Shown one piece after another: positions 1 to 8,859 of a DNA stretch of 39,914 bases. The position numbers and the translations under genes were made by a program. The notes beneath the pieces were generated by a model that saw only the letters and a program-made list of their open reading frames with translations, did no database searches and was not told where the DNA came from. Location of the stretch: positions 1 to 39,914 of the forward strand of contig JASHUS010000205.1 in the NCBI GenBank assembly GCA_030039865.1, in the 5' to 3' direction. The DNA comes from Thermoplasmata archaeon (lineage in GTDB: Archaea > Thermoplasmatota > Thermoplasmata > Lutacidiplasmatales > UBA184). The number at the start of each line of letters is the position of its first letter. Position 1 is the first letter of the stretch.

Positions 1-134
1 ACCACCACGGCGATCGCGATCACGGGGGCGAGTCGCCGCCAGGGCGAACGGGCGGGCGGCAGGGGCGGAAGTGAGTACGGTGCCGGTAGACCGGGCGGCG
101 CGGCGGGTGGTGGCGTGGACGGGGAGGACGACAT
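1..134 (-). CDS. Partial CDS (5' end only): Pro-rich N-terminus followed by a hydrophobic segment; probable membrane-anchored protein
   Basis: ATG at 134 on the minus strand reads MSSSPSTPPPAAPPGLPAPYSLPPLPPARSPWRRLAPVIAIAVV and is open to the window edge; divergent from the 252 gene. Confidence 0.5.
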   Translation of the reverse strand, partial: MSSSPSTPPPAAPPGLPAPYSLPPLPPARSPWRRLAPVIAIAVV

Positions 135-251
135 TGGCCGTACTAGTCTCGGAACGTGGTTTCAATCTTTCGCGCGATGGGTCGGAGTCCGGACGGCCGT
201 CACCTGTCGCACGTTATGAGGGTCGGCGGCTCGACTCCGAGGGGGACGGCG

Positions 252-623
252 ATGGAGCGACCGATCGTGGCGAGCGTGCTCACCGTCATCGGGGGCGCCC
301 TGATCCTGCTCGGCGGCCTCCTCGTCTTCGTCATCGGCGGGATCATCTCGGCGTTCCTCGGGCACTTCAGCTCCCTGTGGCTCGTCGGTCTCGTCGTCGG
401 CGCCTTCACGATCCTCATGGGGATCCTGATGATGCTCGTGCCGCCGGCGCACGTCGTCTGGGGCGTGCTCGCGATCGTCTTCGCGCTCGTCAGCATCCCG
501 TTCGCCCTCGGCGGATTCATCCTCGGCTTCGTCCTCGCGGTCGCCGGCGGCACGATCGCGATCCGCTGGCGGCCCCCGCCCAAGCCTCAGGTGATCACGG
601 TCGAGGGGAAGACCGTCGTCTGA
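252..623 (+). CDS. Small integral membrane protein (about 4 TM, DUF6114-like)
   Basis: MERPIVASVLTVIGG...; Gly-rich hydrophobic helices; GGGGGA upstream of the ATG. Confidence 0.7.
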   Translation: MERPIVASVLTVIGGALILLGGLLVFVIGGIISAFLGHFSSLWLVGLVVGAFTILMGILMMLVPPAHVVWGVLAIVFALVSIPFALGGFILGFVLAVAGGTIAIRWRPPPKPQVITVEGKTVV

Positions 624-668
624 GCGGGCGCGGCCCGCTCCGTCGGGCCCGGTTCCGAGGGATCGTCG

Positions 669-1253
669 ATGTCCGTCCTGTTCGAGCTTGCGTTCGGCCT
701 CGCCCTCGGCTTCTCGCTCACCGTTCCGCCGGGCCCGATGAACGCGCTCATCGCGAGCCGATCGACCCGGGCCTATCGCGGGGGCCTCCTCACCGGCCTC
801 GGCGCGATGAGCGCCGACGGGATCCTCGGCGCGGCGGTCTACGCGCTCCAGAGCGCCGTCGATCTCACGTCGATCGTCCGGTACGTCTACGTCCTCGGCT
901 GCGGCGTGATGGCGTTCCTGGCCTACCGCCTGCTCGCGCGGCCGGCCCCCGCGGAGGTGGCCGAGCCCGGTGGACTCGCGACGTACTCCACGGCGCTCGC
1001 GATTGGGCTGTCGAACCCGTTCCAGATCCTCTGGTGGCTGACGGCCGGCCTCGCGTTCGCGTACCTCGGGGGGCTCGTACTGCTCGCGGGCCTCTTCGGG
1101 GCGATCGCGGTCTGGGTCGTCGTCTTCCCGTGGGCGATGGCGCGGGGGGTGCGCCGGTACCCGGGGCTCGCGCGGGCCGTCACGTGGGTCTCGGGACTCC
1201 TGATGCTCGGCTTCGCCGTCTACTTCGCCTACCTCGCCGCGCACCCGGGCTGA
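669..1253 (+). CDS. LysE family translocator
   Basis: PPGPMN motif, GLLTGLGA..ADG, LSNPFQILWW; about 6 TM. Confidence 0.9.
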   Translation: MSVLFELAFGLALGFSLTVPPGPMNALIASRSTRAYRGGLLTGLGAMSADGILGAAVYALQSAVDLTSIVRYVYVLGCGVMAFLAYRLLARPAPAEVAEPGGLATYSTALAIGLSNPFQILWWLTAGLAFAYLGGLVLLAGLFGAIAVWVVVFPWAMARGVRRYPGLARAVTWVSGLLMLGFAVYFAYLAAHPG

Positions 1254-1265
1254 CCGGCGCGCGGA

Positions 1266-1850
1266 TCACGCCGGTGCGGAACGCAAGCGGTCGGCGTACT
1301 GGTGCCGGAACTTCGCGACCTTCGGGGCGATAACGACCTGGCAATAGCCCTTCTCGGGGTTGCGACGGAAATAGTTCCGATGGTACTCCTCGGCCGGATA
1401 GAACGCCGTGAACGGCACGATCTCGGTCACGATCTTCTTCGACCAGACCCCTTCGTGCGCGAGCTCGCGCACGACCTCCTCGGCGGCCGCCTTCTGGGCC
1501 GCGTCGTGGTAGAAGACGGCCGAGCGGTACTGGGTGCCGACGTCGTTCCCCTGACGGTTGAGCGTCGTGGGGTCGTGCGTCGTGAAGAAGATCCGCAGCA
1601 GGTCCCGGAAGCTCACGACCGACGGGTCGAAGACGATCTCGAGCGCCTCCGCGTGCCCGGTCGTTCCCGTGCACACCTGCTCGTACGACGGGTTCGCGAC
1701 CGTGCCGCCCGCGTAGCCGGGCAGGACGCGCTCGACCCCGCGCAGATCGGAGAAGACGGCCTCGGTGCACCAGAAGCATCCGCCCGCGAACGTCGCCGTC
1801 TCCCGGCGGCCGCTGGCGGCCGGGGTCGCCCCGGGGGGCTCCGGCGTCAT
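1266..1850 (-). CDS. msrA: Peptide-methionine (S)-S-oxide reductase
   Basis: [53 protein letters not shown] at 1850 overlaps the upstream stop (ATGA). Confidence 0.97.
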   Translation of the reverse strand: MTPEPPGATPAASGRRETATFAGGCFWCTEAVFSDLRGVERVLPGYAGGTVANPSYEQVCTGTTGHAEALEIVFDPSVVSFRDLLRIFFTTHDPTTLNRQGNDVGTQYRSAVFYHDAAQKAAAEEVVRELAHEGVWSKKIVTEIVPFTAFYPAEEYHRNYFRRNPEKGYCQVVIAPKVAKFRHQYADRLRSAPA

Positions 1851-2590
1851 GCCGGAGGCGCCTCCCTCAGCTTTCGCTCCGCGGCGCGGCCCCCCGCCAG
1901 GACCAGCGCCGGCGCCGCGATGACGAGCACCGGGAGGAGCAGGAGGATGTAGCGCATCCCCGGGATCTGCGCGATCAGGCCGATGAACGGGATGAGCACG
2001 ACGATGAGGAGGACGAGGTAGACGACGCCACCGGCGCCGATCGCGCCGCGGCCGAGGTGACCCGCCGACAGCAGGAGCCCCACGGCGATCCCGAGACCGC
2101 CGAGCCAGGCGCAGCCGAACCCGATCACCGCCGTGTAGCCACCGAACGGTTGGCCCGACTCGAGGCAGCTCAGGATGCTCGACGCCGGGCCCTTGACGCA
2201 GCTGGTCAGGGTGTCGGTGTGCCCGGCGAGGACCCCCGCCGCGAGGACGAGCAGGAGGAATCCGACCGACCCGATCAGGCAGAGCACCGTCGAGGCCCAG
2301 AGCTTCGAGTCGAACTTGCGCATCTTGGAGAACGCGCTGCGGTAGAAGTAGAGCGAGACCAGGTACAGGATCGCGCCGAGGATGATGAGCAGGCTCGACG
2401 TCAGGACCGAGTCCGCCGCGAGCGTGAAGAACCCGCTCGGGGAGTACTTGCTGATCTCGAGGATGAGCACCGGGATCAGCACCGCGAGCACGCCCGCGAT
2501 CAGGCCGAACCACGCGCCGGCGGCCAGCCGGCGCGCGCCTTTTTCGTCGCGTTCCCGCTCTTTCGCCCACGGGACCCGGGGTTCCGCCAT
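1847..2590 (-). CDS. Multi-pass membrane protein (archaeal DUF973-like)
   Basis: 247 aa with about 6 hydrophobic helices; coupled to msrA. Confidence 0.65.
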   Translation of the reverse strand: MAEPRVPWAKERERDEKGARRLAAGAWFGLIAGVLAVLIPVLILEISKYSPSGFFTLAADSVLTSSLLIILGAILYLVSLYFYRSAFSKMRKFDSKLWASTVLCLIGSVGFLLLVLAAGVLAGHTDTLTSCVKGPASSILSCLESGQPFGGYTAVIGFGCAWLGGLGIAVGLLLSAGHLGRGAIGAGGVVYLVLLIVVLIPFIGLIAQIPGMRYILLLLPVLVIAAPALVLAGGRAAERKLREAPPA

Positions 2591-2667
2591 CGCTCGCCGC
2601 CTCCGCGTCGCCCCCAGCCCGCGACCGGGTTATCTAACCTCGCCCCTCCGGTGAGCGTCCCGTCGGG

Positions 2668-3120
2668 TCAGGGGCGGACGACGATCTCGACGGTGCAGTG
2701 CGCCCAGGCTCGCGCGTTCCGCCACGGGTCCGCCGTGTAGACCTCGCGATAGTCGCCCACGGAGCGGATCTTCTTCTCGCGGCGCTGGGCGCGGAGCCAA
2801 TCGTAGACCCCGTGGTAGATCACCCGCGGCGAGACGGCCTCGGGATCGAACGTCACTCGGGCGACCCGCCCCGCCGCGAGCGAGCGCACCCGGATCCCGT
2901 CGCCCCCGCGCGCCTTCCCGAGGACCTGGATGGCGACCTCGAACGACGTCGGGTTCGGCTCCCGGAAGATCCAGGCACCGGTGCGGAGCCCCCGCGCCTT
3001 CGTCCACTTCTCGATCCGGGCGAAGTTCGAACGGATCTTCGCCTCGCTCCAGGTCCCCTTCCACGCGATGCTCGCGACCCGCCGCAAGGGTACCCGCCCG
3101 TATCCGAAGTCCACCGTCAT
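2668..3120 (-). CDS. GyrI-like small-molecule-binding domain protein
   Basis: MTVDFGYGRVP..VASIAWKG..IEKW..YHGVYDWL..YREVY..VEIVVRP fits the GyrI/AraC effector-binding fold pattern. Confidence 0.75.
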   Translation of the reverse strand: MTVDFGYGRVPLRRVASIAWKGTWSEAKIRSNFARIEKWTKARGLRTGAWIFREPNPTSFEVAIQVLGKARGGDGIRVRSLAAGRVARVTFDPEAVSPRVIYHGVYDWLRAQRREKKIRSVGDYREVYTADPWRNARAWAHCTVEIVVRP

Positions 3121-3149
3121 AGTGCCTCGAACGCGGAAGGCGCCGAACC

Positions 3150-4151
3150 CTATTGAAGGCGCCGAAACGAAGGGTCCGCGGCGGCCGCCCGGGGCGCGAC
3201 CATCGGTAGCGGCACCGAGGGCGCGTTCCCGCGGGGGTAGTCCTTCACGTACGCCCCATAGTACGGCACGCGCGTCGAGATGACCTGACGGAACGCGTCG
3301 CGCAGCGCGGCATCGTCCAGACCGCGCGTGGGCACGAGGTCGTCGGACCGGTTGAGACAGCCTTTCAGCTCCCCGCGGTGGGTCACCCGGATCCGGTGAC
3401 AGTTCGAGCAGAACTCGGCGTTGTACACGGGGTCGACGAGCTCGACCTCGGCGTGCTGGAATCGGTAGACGCGCCGGTGGTGCATCTCGCGCACTAGGAC
3501 GTGGGAAGCGTGCGTCTCCAGCCAGTCGCGGACCGCGCGGATATCGACCCGGCGCTCTTCGTGGGCGACGAGCTCGGGCATGTACTCGATGAGCTGGAGC
3601 TTGAGGCCGTCCGTCGCGCCGACGAACTCGATCATCCGCGGGATGCTCTCGACCGTCGGACGGAAGACGACCATGTTGAGCTTCACCGGCTTCAGTCCGA
3701 CGCGCAGCGCCGCCCGGATCCCCCGCAGGACCGGGGCGAGGGCGCCGCCCCGGATCTGATGGAACGCCTCGGGGTCGACCGAGTCGACCGAGACGTTGAC
3801 CCGCTTCAGGCCGGCGTCGCGCAGCGACTCCGCGCGGCGTTCGAGCATCGAGCCGTTGGTCGTCAGGGAGACGTCGGCGATCTGCTCGACCGTCCGCTCG
3901 ACGATCCGTTCGAGGTCGTCCCGGACGAGCGGTTCGCCGCCCGTGAACTTCACCGATCGGATCCCGAACTCGCGGGCGACCCCGACGAGCCGCTCGACCT
4001 CGACCGGGCTGAGCTCCTCGTCGTGCGGCGCGCGCGGCCGCGCGACCGGGCCGAGCCCTTCGTCGTGGCAGTAGACGCACCCGAAGTTGCAGCGCTTGGT
4101 GACGCTGATGCGGATGTCGGTGACCGCCCGCCCGAACGCGTCGGAGAGCAT
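3150..4151 (-). CDS. moaA: GTP 3',8-cyclase (molybdenum cofactor biosynthesis radical SAM)
   Basis: DAFGR..IRISVTKRCNFGCVYCH, KFTGGEP, TTNG, RVNVS, KLNMV, C-terminal FCSNCHRIRVT..GELKGCL. Confidence 0.93.
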   Translation of the reverse strand: MLSDAFGRAVTDIRISVTKRCNFGCVYCHDEGLGPVARPRAPHDEELSPVEVERLVGVAREFGIRSVKFTGGEPLVRDDLERIVERTVEQIADVSLTTNGSMLERRAESLRDAGLKRVNVSVDSVDPEAFHQIRGGALAPVLRGIRAALRVGLKPVKLNMVVFRPTVESIPRMIEFVGATDGLKLQLIEYMPELVAHEERRVDIRAVRDWLETHASHVLVREMHHRRVYRFQHAEVELVDPVYNAEFCSNCHRIRVTHRGELKGCLNRSDDLVPTRGLDDAALRDAFRQVISTRVPYYGAYVKDYPRGNAPSVPLPMVAPRAAAADPSFRRLQ

Positions 4152-4217
4152 CGGACCACTAGGAGGCGGACGCCGCTTAACGGGGAGGGTCGGCCCTCCC
4201 CGTCGCCCCGCGCGTCC

Positions 4218-5177
4218 TCAGGCGCGCGCGGCCGGCGTGTCCGGGCTCTCCTCGAGCGGTACGTTGACCTCGAGCGTCTGGCGGCGGCGCTGGATCGCCA
4301 TCGCGACGTCCGAGCCGACCGGGAATTTCGAGAGCGACTCGATCAGCTCGCGGACCCGGTGGACCTCGAACGGCCCGACGCGCGACACGACATCGCCGGC
4401 CCGCAGCCCGGCCCGATGCGCGGGGGACCGGGGCACGACCTCCGCGACGAGCAGGCCCGCGCCCGGAACGAGTCCGTGCGAGCGCGCGAGCTCGGGTCCG
4501 AGCTCGGCGACCTGGACGCCGATCCACGGTCGCACGACGCGTCCGTGCCGCCGCAGTTCGTCCGCGATCCGCCGCACGGCTTGCGTGGGGATCGCGAAGC
4601 CGACCCCCTGCGCGAACGGGATCATCGCGGTGTTGATGCCGATCACCGATCCGGCGAGATCAAGGAGCGGCCCGCCGCTGTTGCCGGGGTTGATGGCGGC
4701 GTCGGTCTGCACGAGCCCCTCGAAGATGAAGTCCGAACCCGGGAGCGGACGGCCGAGGGCGCTGACGACCCCGGTCGAGACGGTCGGGCCCCCCGGCAGG
4801 CCGAGCGCGTGCCCGACCGCGAGGACGATCTGCCCGACCCGGAGCGCGTCCGAGTCGCCCAGGTGCGCCGCCGGGACGTCGATCGCGTCGACCTTGACGA
4901 GCGCGATGTCCGTCACCGCGTCGCCCCCGACGACCTCCCCGGGGAGTTCCCGCCCATCCGCCAAGTGGACGCGGAGAGCGGTCGCGCCCTCGACGACGTG
5001 CTCGTTCGTCAGCAGATAGCCGGTCGGGTCCCAGACGACGGCCGAGGCCTGCCCCGGCCGCGCGAAGGGGCCCATCCCGCGCTGTCGTCCGACCCGCAGG
5101 GTCTCGACGCTGGCGACGCTCGGGCCGATCGCTCCGACGGCGGCGACGATCCGGTCCTCGAGCTCGGTCAGGCCCAT
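4218..5177 (-). CDS. HtrA/DegP-like trypsin serine protease with PDZ domain, no signal peptide
   Basis: LLTNEHVV, TDIALVK, QTDAAINPGNSGGPL, PDZ SPAHRAGLRAGDVV; GGTGA SD-like site before ATG 5177. Confidence 0.93.
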   Translation of the reverse strand: MGLTELEDRIVAAVGAIGPSVASVETLRVGRQRGMGPFARPGQASAVVWDPTGYLLTNEHVVEGATALRVHLADGRELPGEVVGGDAVTDIALVKVDAIDVPAAHLGDSDALRVGQIVLAVGHALGLPGGPTVSTGVVSALGRPLPGSDFIFEGLVQTDAAINPGNSGGPLLDLAGSVIGINTAMIPFAQGVGFAIPTQAVRRIADELRRHGRVVRPWIGVQVAELGPELARSHGLVPGAGLLVAEVVPRSPAHRAGLRAGDVVSRVGPFEVHRVRELIESLSKFPVGSDVAMAIQRRRQTLEVNVPLEESPDTPAARA

Positions 5178-5289
5178 GCGGTCACCCCCGCGCGCCCGGA
5201 CGCGGCGCCCGAGCCGGGCCACGGCAGCATCGGCTCCGGCCCCATCGGCGGGCTCGGCATCGGCTGGCCCGGGGTGGTCGGCATCGCCC

Positions 5290-5544
5290 TCACTCCTCGA
5301 GAAGCTTCTCGAGCTTCTCGAACAGGGCCTCGGCTCCCTTCTCCTTCTTGCGGCCGCCTTCCCAGCGGGCGTTGACGATCTCCACCAGGACGTCGGCGAC
5401 CTTGTCCATCCACGGTCCCTCCTGTGCGTCGAACCGCTTCTTGATCTTCTCGCGGAGTAGCTCGTTGTACGCCCGATAGGCGGACCAGATCCACGGTCCG
5501 TAGTGGGGGTTCCCGTTTCCCGAGTCGTTCTCGTTCTCGCTCAT
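5290..5544 (-). CDS. Hypothetical helical protein (84 aa), upstream of the HtrA gene
   Basis: Protein-like composition (E/K/L rich), GC-rich third codon positions, ATG downstream of an AT-richer promoter region. Confidence 0.75.
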   Translation of the reverse strand: MSENENDSGNGNPHYGPWIWSAYRAYNELLREKIKKRFDAQEGPWMDKVADVLVEIVNARWEGGRKKEKGAEALFEKLEKLLEE

Positions 5545-5550
5545 GTTCGA

Positions 5551-5573
5551 TCCTTGGAACTTGGTTCCGAGGA
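5551..5573. promoter_or_regulatory. Inverted repeat TCCTTGGAAC-N3-GTTCCGAGGA immediately upstream of the 84-aa gene
   Basis: 9/10 arm match, located at the expected transcription start. Confidence 0.4.
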
Positions 5574-5684
5574 GTGTTACCCGGCGGCGGAGGATATTGA
5601 CCGGGTGGAACGTCGGCCGGTCACACGGGGCCGGTCGTGGCCGTCGGCTCGAGGAAGGAAGGGATCGCGGAGTCCGGCCCTCGT

Positions 5685-5702
5685 GGTTACGGTGCCGTAA
5701 CC
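5685..5702. promoter_or_regulatory. Perfect palindrome GGTTACGG-TG-CCGTAACC next to a TATA-like box (GATAAATC, 5708-5715)
   Basis: 8-bp perfect arms directly upstream of the wHTH gene promoter. Confidence 0.5.
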
Positions 5703-5737
5703 GACGGGATAAATCCCATCGCCCGCTCCGGCCGGTC

Positions 5738-6352
5738 GTGCCCGAGGAGCGGGAGGAGCCGTCGGCGTTCGCCTCGACTCGCCTGGACGACCGGGTCCTG
5801 GTCGCCCTGCAAGGGCTTCCCGGTCGGCTCGCGTTTAGCGGTCTCCGCCGTGTCCTGCACGCGCACCCGGAATCGCTGGCGCGGGCGCTTCGACGGCTGG
5901 AGCGTGAGGGTCTCGTCGAGCGCGTCGACGGCGGCTATCGCGCCCTGACCGGGTCGTCCGGCTCGCCAGCGGTGCTGTCGAACGACCTCCGAACGATCGC
6001 GGCGATCGATCTCCCCGGGGGTGCCTCTCCGGATTCGCTCCTCGCGAGACTGGCCGGGCACTGGTTCGGCTCCCTGCGATGGGTGGGGATCGTGGACCGG
6101 CCCGACGAGCGCTTGCTCGCTTGGGCCCGGCGCGACGGGTCCGATTACGTGCTCCTCGGGATCGATCGCGGCAAACTGCGCGTCTACGTCCCTTCGGGAC
6201 CGTCCAACGCCACGGCCGAAGCGGACGACGCAGCCTACGAGCTCCTGGTCCACGCGGTCGAGGCGTTGCGCCCGGCGCCGACTGCCAACGGCCCGGTGAC
6301 GTTCCTCTCGTTGGAACGCGACGACCGACCCCGCTGGCTCCCCGATAACTGA
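5738..6352 (+). CDS. Winged-HTH domain protein with uncharacterised C-terminal domain; putative regulator
   Basis: LDDRVLVAL..LAFSGLRRVL..HPESLARALRRLEREGLVER..GGYRAL wHTH pattern; GTG start inferred from TATA spacing. Confidence 0.75.
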   Translation: MPEEREEPSAFASTRLDDRVLVALQGLPGRLAFSGLRRVLHAHPESLARALRRLEREGLVERVDGGYRALTGSSGSPAVLSNDLRTIAAIDLPGGASPDSLLARLAGHWFGSLRWVGIVDRPDERLLAWARRDGSDYVLLGIDRGKLRVYVPSGPSNATAEADDAAYELLVHAVEALRPAPTANGPVTFLSLERDDRPRWLPDN

Positions 6353-6426
6353 TCGGCCCGCCGGTGCCTCGTCTCGGCCCCCACGCCTTAAGCCGCGTCG
6401 GCGGTGTCTAGGCTCGGAGCGCCGAA

Positions 6427-7245
6427 ATGGAGGGGTCGAACCGACTTCCGGAGTCCGCTCCGCCCGCGACCGTCGCGGGGCTCGCGGTCGATGTCCGCGG
6501 AGTCTCGAAGCGGTACGCCGCGGTGCTGGCGCTCGCCCACGTCAGTTTCACCGTTCCCTCGGGACAGATCGTGGGGCTGCTCGGTCCGAACGGCGCCGGA
6601 AAGTCCACGATGATGAAGTCGATCCTCGGACTCGTCCGCCCGGATTCCGGCCAGGTGCTCGTCTTCGGCCAGGACGTCCAGACGGACGCCGTCGCGACCA
6701 AGCGCCTGGTCGGCTACGTGCCCGAGTCTCCGTCGCTCTACGAGTTCCTCACGGGGGCCGAGTACCTCGACTTCGTCGCGGACATGTACGGTCTATCCCG
6801 CGCGGAACGATCCGAACGGATCGGACACTTCCTCGGCGGCCTCGAGCTCGCCGGGCACGAGAACTCGCTCATCAGCACGTACTCGCAGGGCATGCGGCAG
6901 AAGGTCGCCCTCATCGCCGCCCTCGTGCATCGGCCCCGCCTCCTCGTGCTCGACGAGCCGCTCAACGGCCTCGATCCGAGGGCCGCGCGCGTGACGAAGG
7001 ACCTCTTGCGGAACCTCGCGGACGCCGAGGGGGTCGGCATCCTGTTCAGCACGCACGTCCTCGAGATCGCCCAGGCGATCTGCGATCGGGTCGTGATCCT
7101 CAACCACGGGGAGGTCGTCGCCTCGGGCACGATCGCGGCCCTGCGCGAGCGGGCGGGCCTCGCGGGCTCGGGACTCGAGGAGCTCTTCCTCTCGCTGACC
7201 GGGACCGGGGACCTGCACGACGTCGTGGCCGCGCTCGCGCACTGA
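6427..7245 (+). CDS. ABC exporter ATP-binding subunit
   Basis: Walker A GPNGAGKS, signature YSQGMRQK, Walker B LLVLDEP, H-loop STH. Confidence 0.95.
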   Translation: MEGSNRLPESAPPATVAGLAVDVRGVSKRYAAVLALAHVSFTVPSGQIVGLLGPNGAGKSTMMKSILGLVRPDSGQVLVFGQDVQTDAVATKRLVGYVPESPSLYEFLTGAEYLDFVADMYGLSRAERSERIGHFLGGLELAGHENSLISTYSQGMRQKVALIAALVHRPRLLVLDEPLNGLDPRAARVTKDLLRNLADAEGVGILFSTHVLEIAQAICDRVVILNHGEVVASGTIAALRERAGLAGSGLEELFLSLTGTGDLHDVVAALAH

Positions 7246-7251
7246 GGCAGG

Positions 7252-8853
7252 ATGGACCTCCACCGCGTCCGGCGCCTCGCGGAGATCCTCGTCGCCTCGC
7301 AGCTCCGCTCCGGGCGAACGAACTCGAATCCGCGGAGCCTGTTCGGTCGGGGGTACTTCACGGCCCTCCTCGACGCCGGGCTGTTCCTCGTCACGTTCGG
7401 CCTCGCCTCGCTCGTCCTCCCCGCCCTCGGTCTCGGTTCCGCGGCCCTCGGAGCCACGCTCACGACGCTCGCGCCGCTCCTGCCGCTGGTCTCGGTCGCG
7501 GCCGTGCTCGTGGCGGGCGTCCTCTTCGAGCTCGTCACGACGGCGAAGTTCACGGGGAGCGACGCCGCGAACTGGCTCCCCCTCACGCCGACCGAGTACG
7601 TCGCCGCTTCCGCGAGCGCGATCGCGTACTCCTACTCGCCCGCGGTCGCGCTGATGCTCGGCGCGCTCCTCCCCGTCGCCCTCGCGGCGGGCCTCGTCGG
7701 GTACTACCTGCTCGCGGCGCTCCTGACGACCGTCGGACTCTTCGAGGGCGCGGTGCTCGTCGAGATGGTCCGGGCCGTCAGCCAGCGATCCACCTCGGTC
7801 GGGCTCGGCCGGCACGCGCGGCTCGCCCTCCTCCTGCGCGCGGCCCTCCTGGTGGTTCTGGTCCTCATCTTCGACCTCTCGTTCAACCCGGTGATCATCA
7901 TCGGCTTCGTCCACTCCTTCACGGCGGTGGAGTGGCTGACGTCCTCCGTCCCGCTCTTCTGGTCGACGCGGGCGCTCGCGGAGGGCGCGAGCGGCAACGC
8001 CCCCCTCGCGGCGGCGTTCGCGGTGGCCCAGATCGCGTTCGTCGGGCTGCTCGTCTACCTCGCGGGGCTCCTCCGGGCCCGGTTCTGGGTCCCGATCCCG
8101 CGGGAGACGGTCGAGGTCGGTCCGGCCGTGCGCTCGGGGCACCCGGTCCTCAGGCGGGTCGGGCTCAGCGGGCCCGAGGCCGCGATCGCCGCGAAGGATC
8201 TCCGCGGGTACGGCCGCCGCCGCGAGATGCTGTCGATGCTCGTCGTCCCGGTCGTCCTCGTGCTGCTCCTCGTGGTCGAGGGCTCGACGTTCGGGGAGGT
8301 CAGCGTCCTGCTCTGGGTCGGCTGGGTCGTCGGCTTCTACGCGCTGATCCTGTCGCTCACCTCGGTCGGTCAGGAGCGCCGTTCGCTGCAGTCGCTCTAC
8401 GCGTACCCGATCCGGGGGGTCAACATCCTGCGGGCGAAGGTCGCCTCCGTCCTCGTCATCGCCTACATCGCCGCGATCGCCCTGTCGATCTTCGCGGCGT
8501 GGCGCGTCCATCTCGCGCTCGGCGCGGGGCTCGCCTTCCTTGCGGCGTGCCTCATCGGCGCGACCGTGCTGACGTTCTGGGGGCTCGCGTTCGCGGCCCG
8601 GTTCTCCGACTTCCAGGACCGGCCGCGGCCGCAGTTCCTGCGTCCCGGCGCGATGGTGGGCGCGCTCGGCTCCGGGATGGTCCTCCTCTTCGCGATCCTC
8701 GGACCGACGGCGTTCGCGCTCGAAGGAGCGAGCGCGGGCGCGGCGGTCGGCCTCGCCGTCGCCGCCGGGGGCGCCGCGCTCGTCGGCGGCGCGCTCGCCG
8801 TCCATTGGGCCCGGACCGGCTTCGATCAGCTCTTCCGGCAGCTCCCGTTCTGA
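7252..8853 (+). CDS. ABC exporter permease (duplicated ABC-2-like, about 12-14 TM)
   Basis: 533 aa, highly hydrophobic, directly after the ATPase; WLPLTP and LYAYPI..ILRAK motifs. Confidence 0.8.
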   Translation: MDLHRVRRLAEILVASQLRSGRTNSNPRSLFGRGYFTALLDAGLFLVTFGLASLVLPALGLGSAALGATLTTLAPLLPLVSVAAVLVAGVLFELVTTAKFTGSDAANWLPLTPTEYVAASASAIAYSYSPAVALMLGALLPVALAAGLVGYYLLAALLTTVGLFEGAVLVEMVRAVSQRSTSVGLGRHARLALLLRAALLVVLVLIFDLSFNPVIIIGFVHSFTAVEWLTSSVPLFWSTRALAEGASGNAPLAAAFAVAQIAFVGLLVYLAGLLRARFWVPIPRETVEVGPAVRSGHPVLRRVGLSGPEAAIAAKDLRGYGRRREMLSMLVVPVVLVLLLVVEGSTFGEVSVLLWVGWVVGFYALILSLTSVGQERRSLQSLYAYPIRGVNILRAKVASVLVIAYIAAIALSIFAAWRVHLALGAGLAFLAACLIGATVLTFWGLAFAARFSDFQDRPRPQFLRPGAMVGALGSGMVLLFAILGPTAFALEGASAGAAVGLAVAAGGAALVGGALAVHWARTGFDQLFRQLPF

Positions 8854-8859
8854 GGCGTG

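Noticed and set aside
1266..2570. 434-aa extended MsrA
   Set aside because: The extension is an alternate-frame read of the membrane protein gene; msrA starts at 1850 with ATGA coupling
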